Shown here in pieces: positions 14,430 through 26,934 of a stretch of DNA of 64,000 nt. This DNA comes from Hypanus sabinus (Eukaryota). The DNA is taken from the NCBI RefSeq assembly GCF_030144855.1, contig NC_082706.1:185876001-185940000 (forward strand), in the 5' to 3' direction. The notes under the pieces were generated by a model. The model was given only the letters and a program-made list of their open reading frames with translations, was not told the DNA's origin and ran no database searches. Position 1 is the stretch's first letter; every line of letters starts with the position of its first letter. The position numbers and the translations under genes were made by a program.

Positions 14430-15605
14430 GCATGATTTTTTTTAAGGGGAAATCTTGCCTGACAAATCTGTTAGAATTTTTGAGGAAATATCAGGCAGAA
14501 TAGACAAAGGAGAGTCAATGGATGTTGTATATTTGGATTTTCAGACCTTTGACAAGGTGCTGCACGTGAGGCATGAGGAAAGATACTGGCATGAATAGCG
14601 GATTGACTGATTGGCAGGAGGGAAAGAGTGGAAACAACGGGGGCCTTTACTGGTTGGCTACCAGTGAGTACTGCTGTTCTGCCAGCGGTATTGGGATCAC
14701 TTCTTTTTACGTTATATGTCAACAATTTGGATGACAGAATTGATGGCTTTGTAACCAAGTTTGCAGACATTACAAAGATGGGTGGAGAGGCAGGTAGTGT
14801 TGAGGAAGAAAGAGGTCTGCAGGACTTGGACAGATTGGGAGAAAGGGCAAAAAAGTGGCAGGTGGAACATAGTGCAGTGAACTCTATGGTTATTCACTTT
14901 TTTAAATAAGGATAAAATTCAAAAACCAGAGTCTCAAAGGATCTTTGGAATCTTTATTTAGGATTTCCTAAAGGTTAACTTGCAGGTTGAGTCAGTGGTA
15001 AGGAAACCAAAAGTAAGGATGTAATGCTGAGGCATCGGTCAGACCGTACTTGGAATATTATGAGTAGTTTTAGGCACCTTAACTAAGAAAAAATGTGCTG
15101 GCATTGAACAGGGTCCTGAGGAGGTTCACAAGAATTATTCTGGAAATGAAAGGGTTAGCATATGAGGAGCATTTGATGGCTCTGATCCTGTACTCACTAG
15201 AGTTTAGAAGAATGGGGGGGGGGGGGGAAGGATCTCATTGAAACCTATTGATTTAAAGGCCTAGACAGAGTGGATTTGGAGAGGATGCTTTATATAGTGG
15301 ATAAATCTAGGACCAGAGAGCATAGCCTCAAAATAGAAGGATTTCCATTTAGAACAGATATGAGAAGGAATTTCATTAGCCAGAGGGTTGTAAATCTGTG
15401 GAATCCATTGCCACAGTAGCTGTGGAGACCAAGTCATTGACTATATTAAAAGCAGAGGTTGATTGGCCCTTGATTGGTCAGGGTGTCAAAGGTTACTAAG
15501 AGAAGGCAGGAGAATGGGGTTGAGAGGGTTAATAAGTCAGCCATGATGGAATAGCAGAGCAGACACAATGGGCTGAGTGGTCTAATTCTACTCTTATGCC
15601 TTTTG
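14430..15605 (+). mobile_element. CR1 LINE, 5'-truncated, decayed RT and 3'UTR
   Basis: Contains 'SCLTNLLEF', 'VLGSLLFTLYVNNLD..FVTKFADITK' (ORF 14628-14909) and a CR1-type 3' end 'atgggctgagtggtctaattctactctt'. Many frameshifts. Confidence 0.9.
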
Positions 15606-16676
15606 GGTGAAACCTGGTTCAATTGGCAATATTACAATTTCATTTTTAATACAGAAAATGAGTGGTACATTACTTCCTCACCTGGAAATAGGGAAGTTAT
15701 CTTGTAATTCCACTGCTGACAATTTTAAAATAATAGCCGACTTATCAGATCTCAATCAATATTACAAGTGCACACATGAAGAAACCAGATCATTTTAAAC
15801 AAAATGAACATAGCTTTCATCATGATTGAAAGATATAAAATGATGGTAATGACTGTTTTGTTGTATAGGACTCAAACTCAGCCTCCATCATATAAGCATC
15901 CTTTACTTTCTATTTTGGTCTTGTATTTTGATGTAGCTTTTGTTATCTGCCCATATCAATATACTAACCTAGGCCAGTTTTAATATTCACCATTGTGGTT
16001 ATTAAAAGCTGAAATGTATAACCTTAAAGTAATTTTTTTCCAAGGTCCCTAGAGAAACATTGGCTAACAGAACTTCGGTGTCTCAAAAGAGTGGCGTTAG
16101 ATTCAGAGTATATTTTTCAAAATCTGATTGAAGGGTTATATATTGGTTTGTATTAAAACAAAATGTTGAAGGCTGCAAAGTGGATTCTGAGGCCAGTAAA
16201 ATGGAACATTGCAGTTTTAATAATGAAAACCTTACTTATTATCTTTATATCTGTTGTGTCTAAAATGCCCTACCTTAATGAATTATTTAAGACTTTTATG
16301 CTGTTATGCTTTACGAGCATCCAATCATTAATACAGCTAATAAGCTATATTAGACTATTATTTTGACATTTCCAATATTTTTGTTTACTTGAATAAACTA
16401 AATGTCATGGGAAATTTAACAGAATGTGCAATCATTCAGACAAACTATATTTCCTATTATTGACTGTGGAAAGTAAAAGCTTACTGAAAGTGCAAGATTT
16501 TTTTTTTCAAAACACAGCTTATGCATTTTGTATGACCTCTACTTCTTTCTCTTTTTTTCTGTCCCTCTGAAGATCAACGAAGAGGGAACCAGGATTCCAA
16601 ACTGTAGGTAGCCGTGAGACAAGCTGAAAGATAACTGTCCTGGCCTTCGCCTGGATCTCCCTGTTCTTCGACTTAC

Positions 16677-16748
16677 GGCAAGAACTTGGAGGTGGATTTT
16701 GCAAAGATACAACAGCATCTACCGAACCCCCCCCCCCCCCCAGAATAC
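16677..16748 (-). other. Candidate 72-nt cassette exon of an unidentified host transcript
   Basis: On the minus strand the acceptor is 'tgtttgttttcatgctcgttcttctccccctgctgcag|' and the donor is 'TGCC|gtaagt'. Length is 72 nt and it is open in phase 1 (GILGGGGGSVDAVVSLQNPPPSSC) and phase 2. The block is not TE-like and retains CpGs. Length depends on a 15-G homopolymer. Confidence 0.4.
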
Positions 16749-17958
16749 CTGCAGCAGGGGGAGAAGAACGAGCATGAAAACAAACACAAGGCAGGTGTAC
16801 TAGAGGAGTATTTAGTATGTTTCAAGTGCAGAGTTGTCACTATTGTTTTCACTTTCTGAATGAACTTTCAAGCTATTTTGATGCCCTTGATGCAGTTATA
16901 TCACTGGTGCAGTATTATGAGAGAGGGCTATCATTTTGAATATTCTGTTTTATTTATTTTGATGCACTTTTTTGTCAGATATAATGGCTGAAGGCATTTG
17001 TGGTCCTGGAATGCATTAAGTGCTGTTTATAGTGTAGCTGCGTGATATTTTATGTTTCAATTGATTTAAGGAAAGCAACTGCAAGAAAATTATGTTCTAA
17101 TAATTTGGTAGCTGGACTTACTTGGCTCTGCTTTCACAAAGATCATCAAATTAATGCTGGTTCCTTATTGAAAGAATTATTTCTTCAACCAATGCATTAT
17201 TCAAAAAAAGAAATTACACAGTCCCTGGATTTTCACTGTAGTATTTAATAGTTACTAATCTTTAGAAAAAAATCTTTTCATTTGATAAATTGATAGAGAA
17301 CACAGATTAAAGGAAATTAAGACATCAAGTCATAGTTTGAATGATCATCACAAAATATAACAACTAAATTTGCTTATTAGAATGGTTTCCAAATCAATTT
17401 GTATGAAGCAGATTTTTAATTAATATAACTAATGAGGGGAGATATTAACATTATGCAAAACATGTCTGCATATATATCTCAGACACTGTTCATAAACTGA
17501 AGGAGGATGTTAACCAGAATAATGTTATTTGAATGTGACAGAATTAGTACATTATATTAAAGTTTAAATATATTTTTGCAATCTTTAATAAAATAATCAA
17601 TCCATTAATTAAAAAACATAAACATTGATCCTATGCAGTTTTATTTTCCCAAGTCATTGTTAAGTATGTGCAACTTAACCTTATTGAAACACCATAAATA
17701 AAATCAAAGCACTGCAGATATTGGAAACCTGAAACAAAAGTAGAAATCGCTAGAAAATGTAATAGATCCATAGGGACAACAAATTAGTTAACTTTCCTGA
17801 TCTGCTTTCAGGTCTTGCAGGCCTTTTGTCAGAACTAACTGCAACTACAGGAGGATAAAAATTAACAAGGAGCAAAACGAAAGGAAGTGATGGCTTTGGT
17901 GGGTCAAGTGATGCCCCTATGTGTATGCATGCAGCAAAAAAACATAGATAAGATCTGT

Positions 17959-18125
17959 AACACACACAAAATGCTGGAGGAACGCAGCAGGTCAGGCAGC
18001 TTCTATGGAGGGGAATAAAGAGACAAGCTTTTGATGAGGAATCTCTGTCTGAAAGGTCAGCTCTTTGTTCCCCTCCATTGATGCGATCGGATCTGCAGAA
18101 TTCTTCCAGCACGTTGTGTTTCTCT
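17959..18125. repeat. Palindromic element made of two inverted Penelope pLTR ends
   Basis: Left arm acacaaaatgctggaggaacgcagcaggtcaggcagcttctatggaggggaataaagag matches the reverse complement of the right arm, acacaacgtgctggaagaattctgcagatccgatcgcatcaatggaggggaacaaagag. The spacer holds an eroded TGATGA..GAAA motif. Confidence 0.7.
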
Positions 18126-18599
18126 GGATTTTCTCTTGTGGAAAATATTTGCAATGTATGTTGTAATGGAAAGCAAGGGCTAGCTAAGTGGCAGAAGGAT
18201 ACAGACATGTGACAATAAACAGTGGATATACAGAATATAAGATGGAAAATGTGCAAATAGGTGAGCATGGAAGCAGACACAAGCTAAACCGACAGAGTGG
18301 ATACAGCGCCACTGTCGAAGAGCATGGTTCTTTTTAAGAGGAGACTGAACCAATGATTAGTAACTACTGGTAGCATGCAAATCACTGCTTCCAAAATCTG
18401 GAATTACTGGTGGGGGTGGGGGGGGGGGGTGGTGTGTGTGTGTGTGTGTGTTTCAATTTATATGTGTAAACAATCTCTCAGAGTTGGTGAAGTTTAACCC
18501 TCGTTAACAGATGGTAGTGGTAGAGAGGTGAGAGTCGAAAGTAAGGATGGGGTAAACACAGGTGACAACAAAGTCAAAGACAGCATCAAAACAAAAGAT

Positions 18600-20995
18600 A
18601 GGGTATATAACAGAGAAAAATAGTGGCTAGCGAAATGATTGGGAAGCTTTTAAAAATCAATAGAAGTCAATTAAAGAATCTATAAGGAGGGAAAAGATTA
18701 AGTATGATGGTAAGCTAGCCAATAATATAGAAAAGGCTACCAAAAGTGTTTTTTTTTCCAGATATGTAAAGAGTAAAGGAGAGGCAAGAGTAGATATTGG
18801 ACTGGGGAAAATGTTACTGGAGAGGTAGATCTAGGGAAACAATGATAAAATGGATGAAATGAATAAACATTTTGTGTCAGTGTTCACTGTGATGACGTCA
18901 GGAGGGTCAGGAAACAAGAATGAGTGTAGTTCCTATTACTAAGGAGAAGGCACTTGAGAAACTGAAAGGTCTGAAGGTAAATAAGTCATCTGGACCAGAT
19001 GAACCACAACCCAGGGTTCTGAAAGAGGTAGCTGAACAGATTGTGGAGGAATTTGCAATGATCTTTCAAAAATCAGTAAATTCTAGAATGGAGGACCAGA
19101 AAATTGGAAATATCACTCCACTCTTTAACAAGGGGGGGAAGGTAAAGGACAGGAAATTATAGGCCACTTAGCTTGAATTCAGAGGTTGGCAAGATGTACA
19201 TTATTGGCAATGAAGATTTGGGGTACTTAGAGACACATGATCGTATCTTCTGGTAATACCCTCCCTTCACCATTCCCCATCCACTTTTCCCCCTCTCACC
19301 TTATCTTCTTGCCTGCCCATTGCCTCCCTCTGGTACTCCTCCCCACTTTTCTTTCTTCCATGGCCTTCTGTCCTCTCCTATTAGATTGCCCCTTCTCCAT
19401 CCCTGCATCTCTTTCACCAATCTACTTCCCAGCTCTTTACTTCACCCTTCTGCCTCCAGTTTCACCTATCACTTTGTTTCTCCCTCCCCTCCCCACACCT
19501 TTTAAATCTACTCCTCATCTTTTTTTTGTCCAGTCCTGCTGAAGGGTCTCGGCCCAAAGCGTCAACTGTAGTCTTTTCCATAGACACTGCCTAGCCTGCT
19601 GAGTTCCTCAGCATTTTGTGTGTGTTGCTTTGATTTCCAGCATCTGCAGATTTAATGTTGTTTGTGAAATCAGGATGGTTTCCTTTAGAGCAAATCTTGC
19701 CAGACAAATCTGTTAGAATTCTTTCAGGAAATAACAGGCAAGATAGACAAAGGTGTCAGTGGATCTTGTGTACTTGGATTTTCAGAAGTTCTTTGACAAG
19801 GTGCCACACATGAGGCTGCTAAACAAGGTAAGAGTCCTGATATTACAGGAAAGGTACGATCATGGACAGAAGATTAGCTGACTGGCAGAATGCAAAGAGT
19901 AGGAATAAAAGAGGATCTACTCTGATTGGCTGCCGGTAACTTACGGTGTTCCACCAGGCTCAGTGTTGAATCTGCTGCTTTCATATTATATGTTAATGAC
20001 CTGATAATGCTTTGTTGCCAAAAATAGATGGAGGGACAGGTATTGAGGAAAAAGATATGTCTGCAGAGGTTCTCCACCGTTTTTATGCCATGAACCAAAT
20101 CCATTAAGCAAGGGGTCCATGGACCTCAGGTTGAGAATCCCTGGATTAAGAGAATGGCAAAGAAATAGCAGGTGGAATGTAGTGTAAAGAGATACACAGT
20201 CATTAACCTTAGTAGGAGGAATAAAGGCATAAACTATAACTGGGAAATCAATTCAGAAATCAGAAGTGCAAAAAGATTTGGCATTCCTCGTGAGGGATTT
20301 CCTAAAAGTTAACTTGCAGGTTGAGTCAGTGGTAAGGGAGGCAAATGCAAAATTAGCATTCAGTTCAAGAGGGCTAGAATATAAAAGCAAAAATGTAATG
20401 CTGAGGCTTTATAAGGCTTTGGTCAGGTCATATTTGAAGTATTGTGAGCAGTTTTGGACCCCACATCTAAGAAAGGGTGTGCTAGTATTGGAGAGGTTCC
20501 AGAGGAGGTTTACGAGAATGATCCTGTGAATGAAAGGGTTAATGTTTGAGGAGTGTTTGATGGTTCTAGGCCTGTACTCTCTGGAGTTTAGAAGAATGGG
20601 AGAAATCTCATTGAAACTTACCGAATGTTAAAAGGCCTGGACAAAGTGGATTTCGAGAGGATATTTCCAGTAGCGGAGAGTCTAGGACCAAAGTGCACAG
20701 CCTCAGAATAAAAGGTTGTCTCTTTTGAACAGACATGAGGTAGAATTTCTTTAGCCAGGGGTGGTGAATCTGTGGAACTCATTGCCACAGACAGTTGTGG
20801 AGGCCAAGTCATTAGGTATATTTAAATCAGAGGTTGCTAAGTTGTTGTTTAGTAAAGTTGCTAAATGTTATGGGGAGAAGGCCGGAGAATGGCATTGAGA
20901 GGGAAATTAAATCAGCCATGAATTCATGGTGGAGCAGACTCAATGGGCTGAATGGCCATATTCTGCTCCTATGTCTTATTGTTTTATGGTCGTAA
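18600..20995 (+). mobile_element. CR1 LINE ORF2 remnant, interrupted by a Penelope fragment
   Basis: Contains 'LKGLKVNKSSGPDEPQPRVLKE' (18920-19162), 'LDFQK.FDKVPH' (~19773), 'LYKALVRSYLKYCEQFWTP' (20266-20529) and a CR1 3' tail at ~20935-20990. Confidence 0.9.
19243..19665 (+). mobile_element. Penelope-like element 3' end / pLTR inserted in CR1
   Basis: A pyrimidine-rich tract is followed by cagtc-CTGCTGA-agggtctcggccc-aaag-cgtc-aactg (mutated hammerhead, 19531-19568) and 'cctgctgagttcctcagcattttgtgtgtgttgc'. The layout matches that downstream of the GIY-YIG ORF ends at 38840 and 47061. Confidence 0.8.
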
Positions 20996-22669
20996 AAGTT
21001 AGTACCTGCAAGTCAGGGCCAGTCAACAAAACTTCTCTCAAGAGATATGTCAGACATGGAAGTTTCATCAGGAAGCTGTTTACCTCAAACAGGACTTTTA
21101 CTTCTGGCTCTGGGTTGTGTGTAAATGAGTTGAGAATAGCTAAGTTTCTAAGTTAAATGCATTTACTTATTCCAAGGCAAGGAAAGAGTGTTTCCACTTC
21201 AAAATATTGCAGAATACTGAACTAGCTAACCACAAAATTCAACATCACGATCTCAAATTTCAACACCTCTGCCGATACTCTCTGACTCCCCCCTTTTCCC
21301 CATTTGTTGACTATGCCTCACCTTTGACTTTGACACTCAAGATCTCCGATTTCTCAGTCTCTGACTCACATTGACACCTTGAGCCTGACTTCTCATATCC
21401 TTCTTCACCACGTGGTATCAGCCCCACACCCTCACCATGTCCATCTGTTATCAATCCCTCTGCTACTTTCCCTGATGGCTAGGAGCCAGTTGGTCCATCA
21501 TCTCAGTACAGGTTATGAAAATCTTAAGAACTTCCTTTCAATCATTTGGGAAATGGGTAACTCCCAAAATTCTCTACCCACCTTTTTTTTACCGAAGACC
21601 ACCTGTCCTGCCATCTCCTCACTGTACACTGTACTAAGTAACCACTATCATTGACATTTCAGCACAGAAAGCCAAGAAAATCACCTAGCACCCCTTTCCC
21701 CACTGATACTCCCTGCTTCATATTGCACTTCTTGGCCTCAAATTCATCATATCTACTGCAAAAAGATGGTGGTTGATAGAAAACAAAATTAGAAAACAAA
21801 TTAGAATTCTAATGAAAGAAAATACATGAAATTATGTATTTCAATTGCAAGAAATTACAAGAAAAGCTTAGAAAAGGATTTAACTATAATTCAATCCTCT
21901 GATAAAGGTGAGGTTCATAGGCAGCTGCAATGATATTTTCAGAATCCTGAAGTAAACCTTACAGCTTATGGTAAGCAATCTATTATACTCCAGTGATAGG
22001 ATAATGTGCTGGAACAAGGTGAAGTTAAGAAAAAGGAGGTCCTGGAATTACTGAAAAACATTTGAATAGACAAGTCCCCAGGGCCGTATGGGATATATTG
22101 CAGGTTACTACAGAGAAGGGAGAGAAGAGGTTGCTGTGCCATTGGCAACAATCTTTGCATCCTGACTGGCTACAGGAGTAGCACCAGAAGATTGGAGGAT
22201 GGGAAAATGTTATTCCTTTGTTCAAGAAAGGTAACAGAGATAATTCTGGAAATTATAGACCAGTAAGTCTTACATCGGTGGTGAGTAAATTATTGGAGAC
22301 GTTTCATAGAAATGGGATTTACAGGCATTTAGAGAAGCCCAGACTAATTAGGGGTAGTAATCATTTCTTCGAGAGGGGCAGGCCATGCATTAAGAGCCTG
22401 ATTGATTTTTTTCGATGAAGAGACAAAAGACATCGATGAAAATACAGCAGTGGAATTGGTGTGCATGAACTTTAGCAAGGTGTTTGGCAAAGTTCTCCTT
22501 GGAAGGCTCATTTTGAAAGTCAGAAGGCACAGGATCCAAGGAAACTTGGCAGCATGAATTAAGAATTGGCTTGTCCACAGAAAGCAGAGGGTGGTAGTAA
22601 ATGGAGTATTTTCTCTCTGCAGGCCCATGTCAAGTATTGTTCTACAGGAATCTGTTGTGGGGTCCCCAT

Positions 22670-22945
22670 TAGTTCTGACTCATTATCTTATGTTCTTGAT
22701 ATTTAATGCTTAGTTTTTTTCTCATTTGTATTTGCAGTTTGTTGACTTTTGCACATTGTTGTTTGTCCATCCTGTCTTTCATTGATTCTATTGTGTTTCT
22801 TGGATTTCTTACCCACAAGAAAACGAATCTCAGGGTTGTATATGATGACATAATACAGTACTATGCAAAAGTCGTAGCCACCCTAGATATATATACAATA
22901 TGAGCCTGGGATTTTTGCATTGTACTGTATTTACTTTGAACTTTG
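22670..22945 (+). mobile_element. Rex1-like 3'UTR fragment inserted in CR1
   Basis: Same 3'UTR as 1290-1465 (tttgcacattg...aagaaaacgaatctcagggttgta...tttactttgaactttg). Confidence 0.7.
22856..22927. mobile_element. 72-bp Tc1/mariner-type MITE with TA target duplication
   Basis: TA|cagtactatgcaaaagtc ... gatttttgcattgtactg|TA. The 18-bp TIRs have 3 mismatches, begin CAGT, and are flanked by TA at 22854-55 and 22928-29. Confidence 0.75.
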
Positions 22946-24259
22946 GAAGAGTGTGTTAGTTAGTTTGCAGATGGCATGAAGGTTGGTGCTGTTGTAGATA
23001 CTGTAGAAGTCTGTCTGAAGTTACAATAACCACTAATAGAATGCATAGTTGGGCTGAGGAGTGGCAGATGGAGCTCAGTCTGAAGACGTGTAAAGCGTAC
23101 ATGTAGGAAGATCAACTTTGAAAGCAGAATACATGGTTAATGGCAGAATTCTTAGGAGAGTGGATGAACAGAGGATGCTCCAGTCCACATCCATAAATCC
23201 CTCAAAGTTACAATGCAGGTTGATAGGGTGATTATGAAGGCGTTCATCAGTCAGGGTTATAGAGTTCTATAGCTCTGAGATAATGTTCCAACTCTATAAA
23301 ACTAAGAAAACTCTGGTTAGACTATACTTGGAGTTTTGTGTTCAGTTCTGGTCACCTCATTATAGGAAGGATGTGGCAGTTTTAGAGAGGGTACAGAGGA
23401 GATTTATCAGTTTGTAACCTGAATTAGAGAGCATGTCTTGTGAGGAAAAGCAGAGCAAGACAGGGCATTTCTTTTTGGAGCAAAGGGGGATGAGAGGTGT
23501 CTTGATAGAAACATATAAGATGATAAGGAGATATAGATAGATTGGACAGCCATTGCATTTTTCCTAAGGAGGTAATGGTTAATATAAGAGGGTATAACTT
23601 TACAATGATTGGAGTAAGTATAGAGACATGGATGTCAGAGGCAGGTTTAATACACAGAGAGAGGTAAATGCATGGAATACATTGTCCTGGGAACTGATAG
23701 AGGAAGATATATTAGGGACATTGAAGAGCTCTTAGATAGGCACATGGACGAAAGAAAAATGGAGGGTCATGTGGGAGGGAGGAGTTAGATTGATCTTCGA
23801 GTAGGTTAAAAGGTTCACACAACATAGTGGGCTGAAGGACCTACACAGTGCTATACTGTTCTACATTCTACAGTATGTTCTAACATAGTTAGTTAATAAC
23901 AGGTCAGTATCCCAGCTAAGAAGAAATATTTGTTGTGATCTAAATATTATTTATTGGAACTCAGATTCATATCAGCTGACTCTATTGGATTTGAAACAGC
24001 TGTTAACTTCTTTTGTCACTCTGATCACTCTTTTATCCAAAGGAATAACTAACGTTCAATAGAGCATCAGAGATGAAACAGAAATTACTTAAATGACATT
24101 TGCAGTTTCAGAATGAGGACACATAACTTTGCCTGAATACTTCCCTCCAAGTAGAACACTAAACTTCAAAGGCAATTTTTTATTCATGTTTTAAGTTGTT
24201 GGGCTTTTGGTAACCATTTCCGTATGTTTTAGAAGAAAAATACAGAAACATATATTAAG

Positions 24260-24625
24260 CATATTTCATGACCCCTGCTCATTCCAAACATTGACAGTTA
24301 GTGTTGCAATGCAGAAAACACACATCCAATTTGCACACAGGAAACTCCCATAATCAGCCGCATGCTTTGAACAAATAATCTGACTTTTCTGCGGTACTGT
24401 TTGAGGAATAAATATTAGTCAGGGCACCAGCGAAATTTTCATTGTTTAAAGAATTCCAGTGGGTCATGTCCCCAAATAGGAAGGCAGTGTTGTCAATTGG
24501 TTGGCAAGACCAATGCTGCATTCCCTAGGCACTGCACTGAAGTACCAACCTTCATTTTCCATGCTCCTGGGGTGAGGCGGTCATCTGACTACAGAGCAGG
24601 AATGCTATCAACTGAGTCATGGTTT
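24260..24625 (-). mobile_element. Deu-domain SINE relic (SacSINE1/AmnSINE1-like)
   Basis: Plus strand shows 'ccaatttgcacacag..aactccca..aataatctg..ttgaggaataaatatt..cagggcacc' and a reverse tRNA-like head 'ctgactacagagcaggaatgctatcaactgagtca'. Confidence 0.65.
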
Positions 24626-26786
24626 ACATCATAGCCTCATTCTTTTTTATACCCCCAAGGATGCATTAAAAACCTGACCAGAAAATGTTATCATATGTGT
24701 AATTTGTATGCCAGAAGATGGAGTGATTTAAAATATTTGAATACATGTGTAAATTAGATGCATATCATCTATGTGCAAGAAATATGTTTACAATGGCTTA
24801 TGTAGTGATGTTAAGCAGTGCATAAAGATTGTTTGGACTTGACTTGCACACAGCTATACTTGATGTTCAATATCTGAGATGCCAGGGGCCCTATATACTG
24901 AAATGGACATGAACTACCTGTGTGAGGATATTCAATTCCACTTACAGAAACCGATCTTCTTTGTCTTCTATCTTCAGCTTCTTCCACATTGAATTTTCTT
25001 TAATCATTCCCATAATCACTCTCCCAACCCCAGATACTGCCAGTGTCCTCCAACATCGCTCATAAACACCTTCCCACCAGTCCTCAAGCCAACCCTTCCT
25101 TCCAGACCAACCACCTACTTTCATCACCATAATCCTCTGCTACTCCCTACAATCCTCTTCAGCTCAGTCATCATCCTTTCTCCCTTCTAAAACCTGTCAG
25201 ACTCTCTCTGTCTCTCACGCACACACACACACATATGGTTTCTTTTTCTCACTGTCTCCAATATTTCTGCCTCCCAAAAGGTTCTCCATTTCCTCCCAGT
25301 CTTACTTCCCTAATCTCTAAACTCCTCAGTGGGCCTTGAGCCTTGTTTCTTGGGGATTCACACAAAATTCACGCAGGATGCCCTAAATTGTGAAGCAGAC
25401 TTGATAGGCCAAATGGTCTTATCCTGCTCCTATATCTTACAGTTTTACATCACAAATTCCAGTCCACCAGTGTAATATCATTATTTATCAAAACAGAACA
25501 TTTCAATGAGGCGAGCTTCAGACCAGAAACTATCATTTAAGCATTTACAGTAATGTGTTCTTAGCATTTTTTTTGCATTTTGGGCTGCTATTTTCAAAAG
25601 GCTATCATATTTATTAGAGATGTTAATTTTTAAAAAGGAAAGAAAGTTGTATTCTCCTGTGGCTAAATATTTTTAAAGAAATGAATTTATTCCTCTGCTC
25701 ATGTGACTATTGAAACATTACCAATTGATACAAATATTTCATCGATTTTGCAAACTCATTGGAAAAAGCTAAAGATGCTGTGCATTTTTTTAAGAAAAGA
25801 ATTACACCATTGTTCCTTATCATTAGGCACTGATTATCTCATACTGAGATTAGGCTGTATGTTGCTTTGAAAAAGTATTGCAGTTTTAAAAGGAGCTGAG
25901 GCTTGATTAGATATGCATGGTTCTGCCAACTTGTTTGTTTTAGCTCCTCGTGAACATGATTTTGTCCAGTTTATTTAACCTCTTCTCTAATTGTGTATCA
26001 TATAGATTTTAGAGTTAAAATATACCTTGTTAGTCAGTCAATAATTGGTGTTGCTTGAAAAAACAGTTCTTAATTCACACTGTTTATCGTTAACATAGCT
26101 CTGTTATATTTATGTTTCAAATGCATTGATTTCAGTTGATTTTCATTTTTGTAGCATTTCTCTTGTGCCAGGGTGTAGAAAGTGTTTCCTCTTCTCTGTA
26201 CACTACATATGATTTGCAGTGACATAGTCTAAACCTTTGAAAGTCTTTATGAAAATTCTCATGGTCATGAATTTGATAAAGGAGGGAACAAAGAAGCTTT
26301 CTTGCAGCAAGCATTGTTTAAAATTATATTTTGAAATGATAAATAAAAGGATTACTAAACAGGGAGGATATAGCTTTTTTTTTAAACCAGGAACTGTTTT
26401 GTTATATGGCAGATGCATGATAGATAAAAGGAAAGTAGAGGAATATATAGAAAAGCAAGAACAAAATATATTTTTGTTAATATTTTGTTGTAGGTCATTA
26501 TTGCTTGCATTTCGATGACACCTTGCCACAGCAGTGTGCACTGCAATGATTGTGGCTTTAATCAAAGTGAAGATAAACAATGGAGATGGGGGTGTCAAAG
26601 AAAAGATTCCAAGCATCATTCTGCCATGAAAATGGCAGTCAGCAGAGTGTAATGGAAATGTGTTGAGCGTAGAAAATTCTTGAATGGGTCTGTGAAGGGC
26701 TGCAGGCCCAATTATTTTTTTTAGCATTAACTGAGCTACATCTTCCTATGCTCAGCTGCACTGAGTGACACTATTTGCGATGCCCA

Positions 26787-26934
26787 NNNNNNNNNNNNNN
26801 NNNNNNNNNNNNNNNNNNNNNNNNNNNNNNNNNNNNNNNNNNNNNNNNNNNNNNNNNNNNNNNNNNNNNNNNNNNNNNNNNNNNNNNNNNNNNNNNNNNN
26901 NNNNNNNNNNNNNNNNNNNNNNNNNNNNNNNNNN
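26787..26934. other. Assembly gap (148 N)
   Basis: Run of N in the sequence. Confidence 1.

Larger units (their letters stand above)
21990..23880 (+). mobile_element. CR1 LINE ORF2 remnant with nested insertions
   Basis: Contains 'FKKGNRDNSGNYRPVSLTSVVSKLLE' (22218-22418), the downstream 'EFCVQFWSPHYRKD' motif (~23330) and a CR1 tail 'gggctgaaggacc...tgttctac'. Confidence 0.9.

Noticed and set aside
16573-16750. Plus-strand peptides 'DQRRGNQDSKL*' (PTS1-like) and 'DTTASTEP' (similar to the CADM1 alternative exon DTTATTEPAVH)
   Set aside because: The matches are too short and have no supporting neighbouring exons, and the CADM-like match lacks a good acceptor and diverges at the poly-C. No gene symbol assigned.
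17750-18280. 176-aa minus ORF (also 26203-26727, 174 aa)
   Set aside because: Low-information translations with no domain or codon signal, the first crossing pLTR repeats and the second AT-rich DNA.
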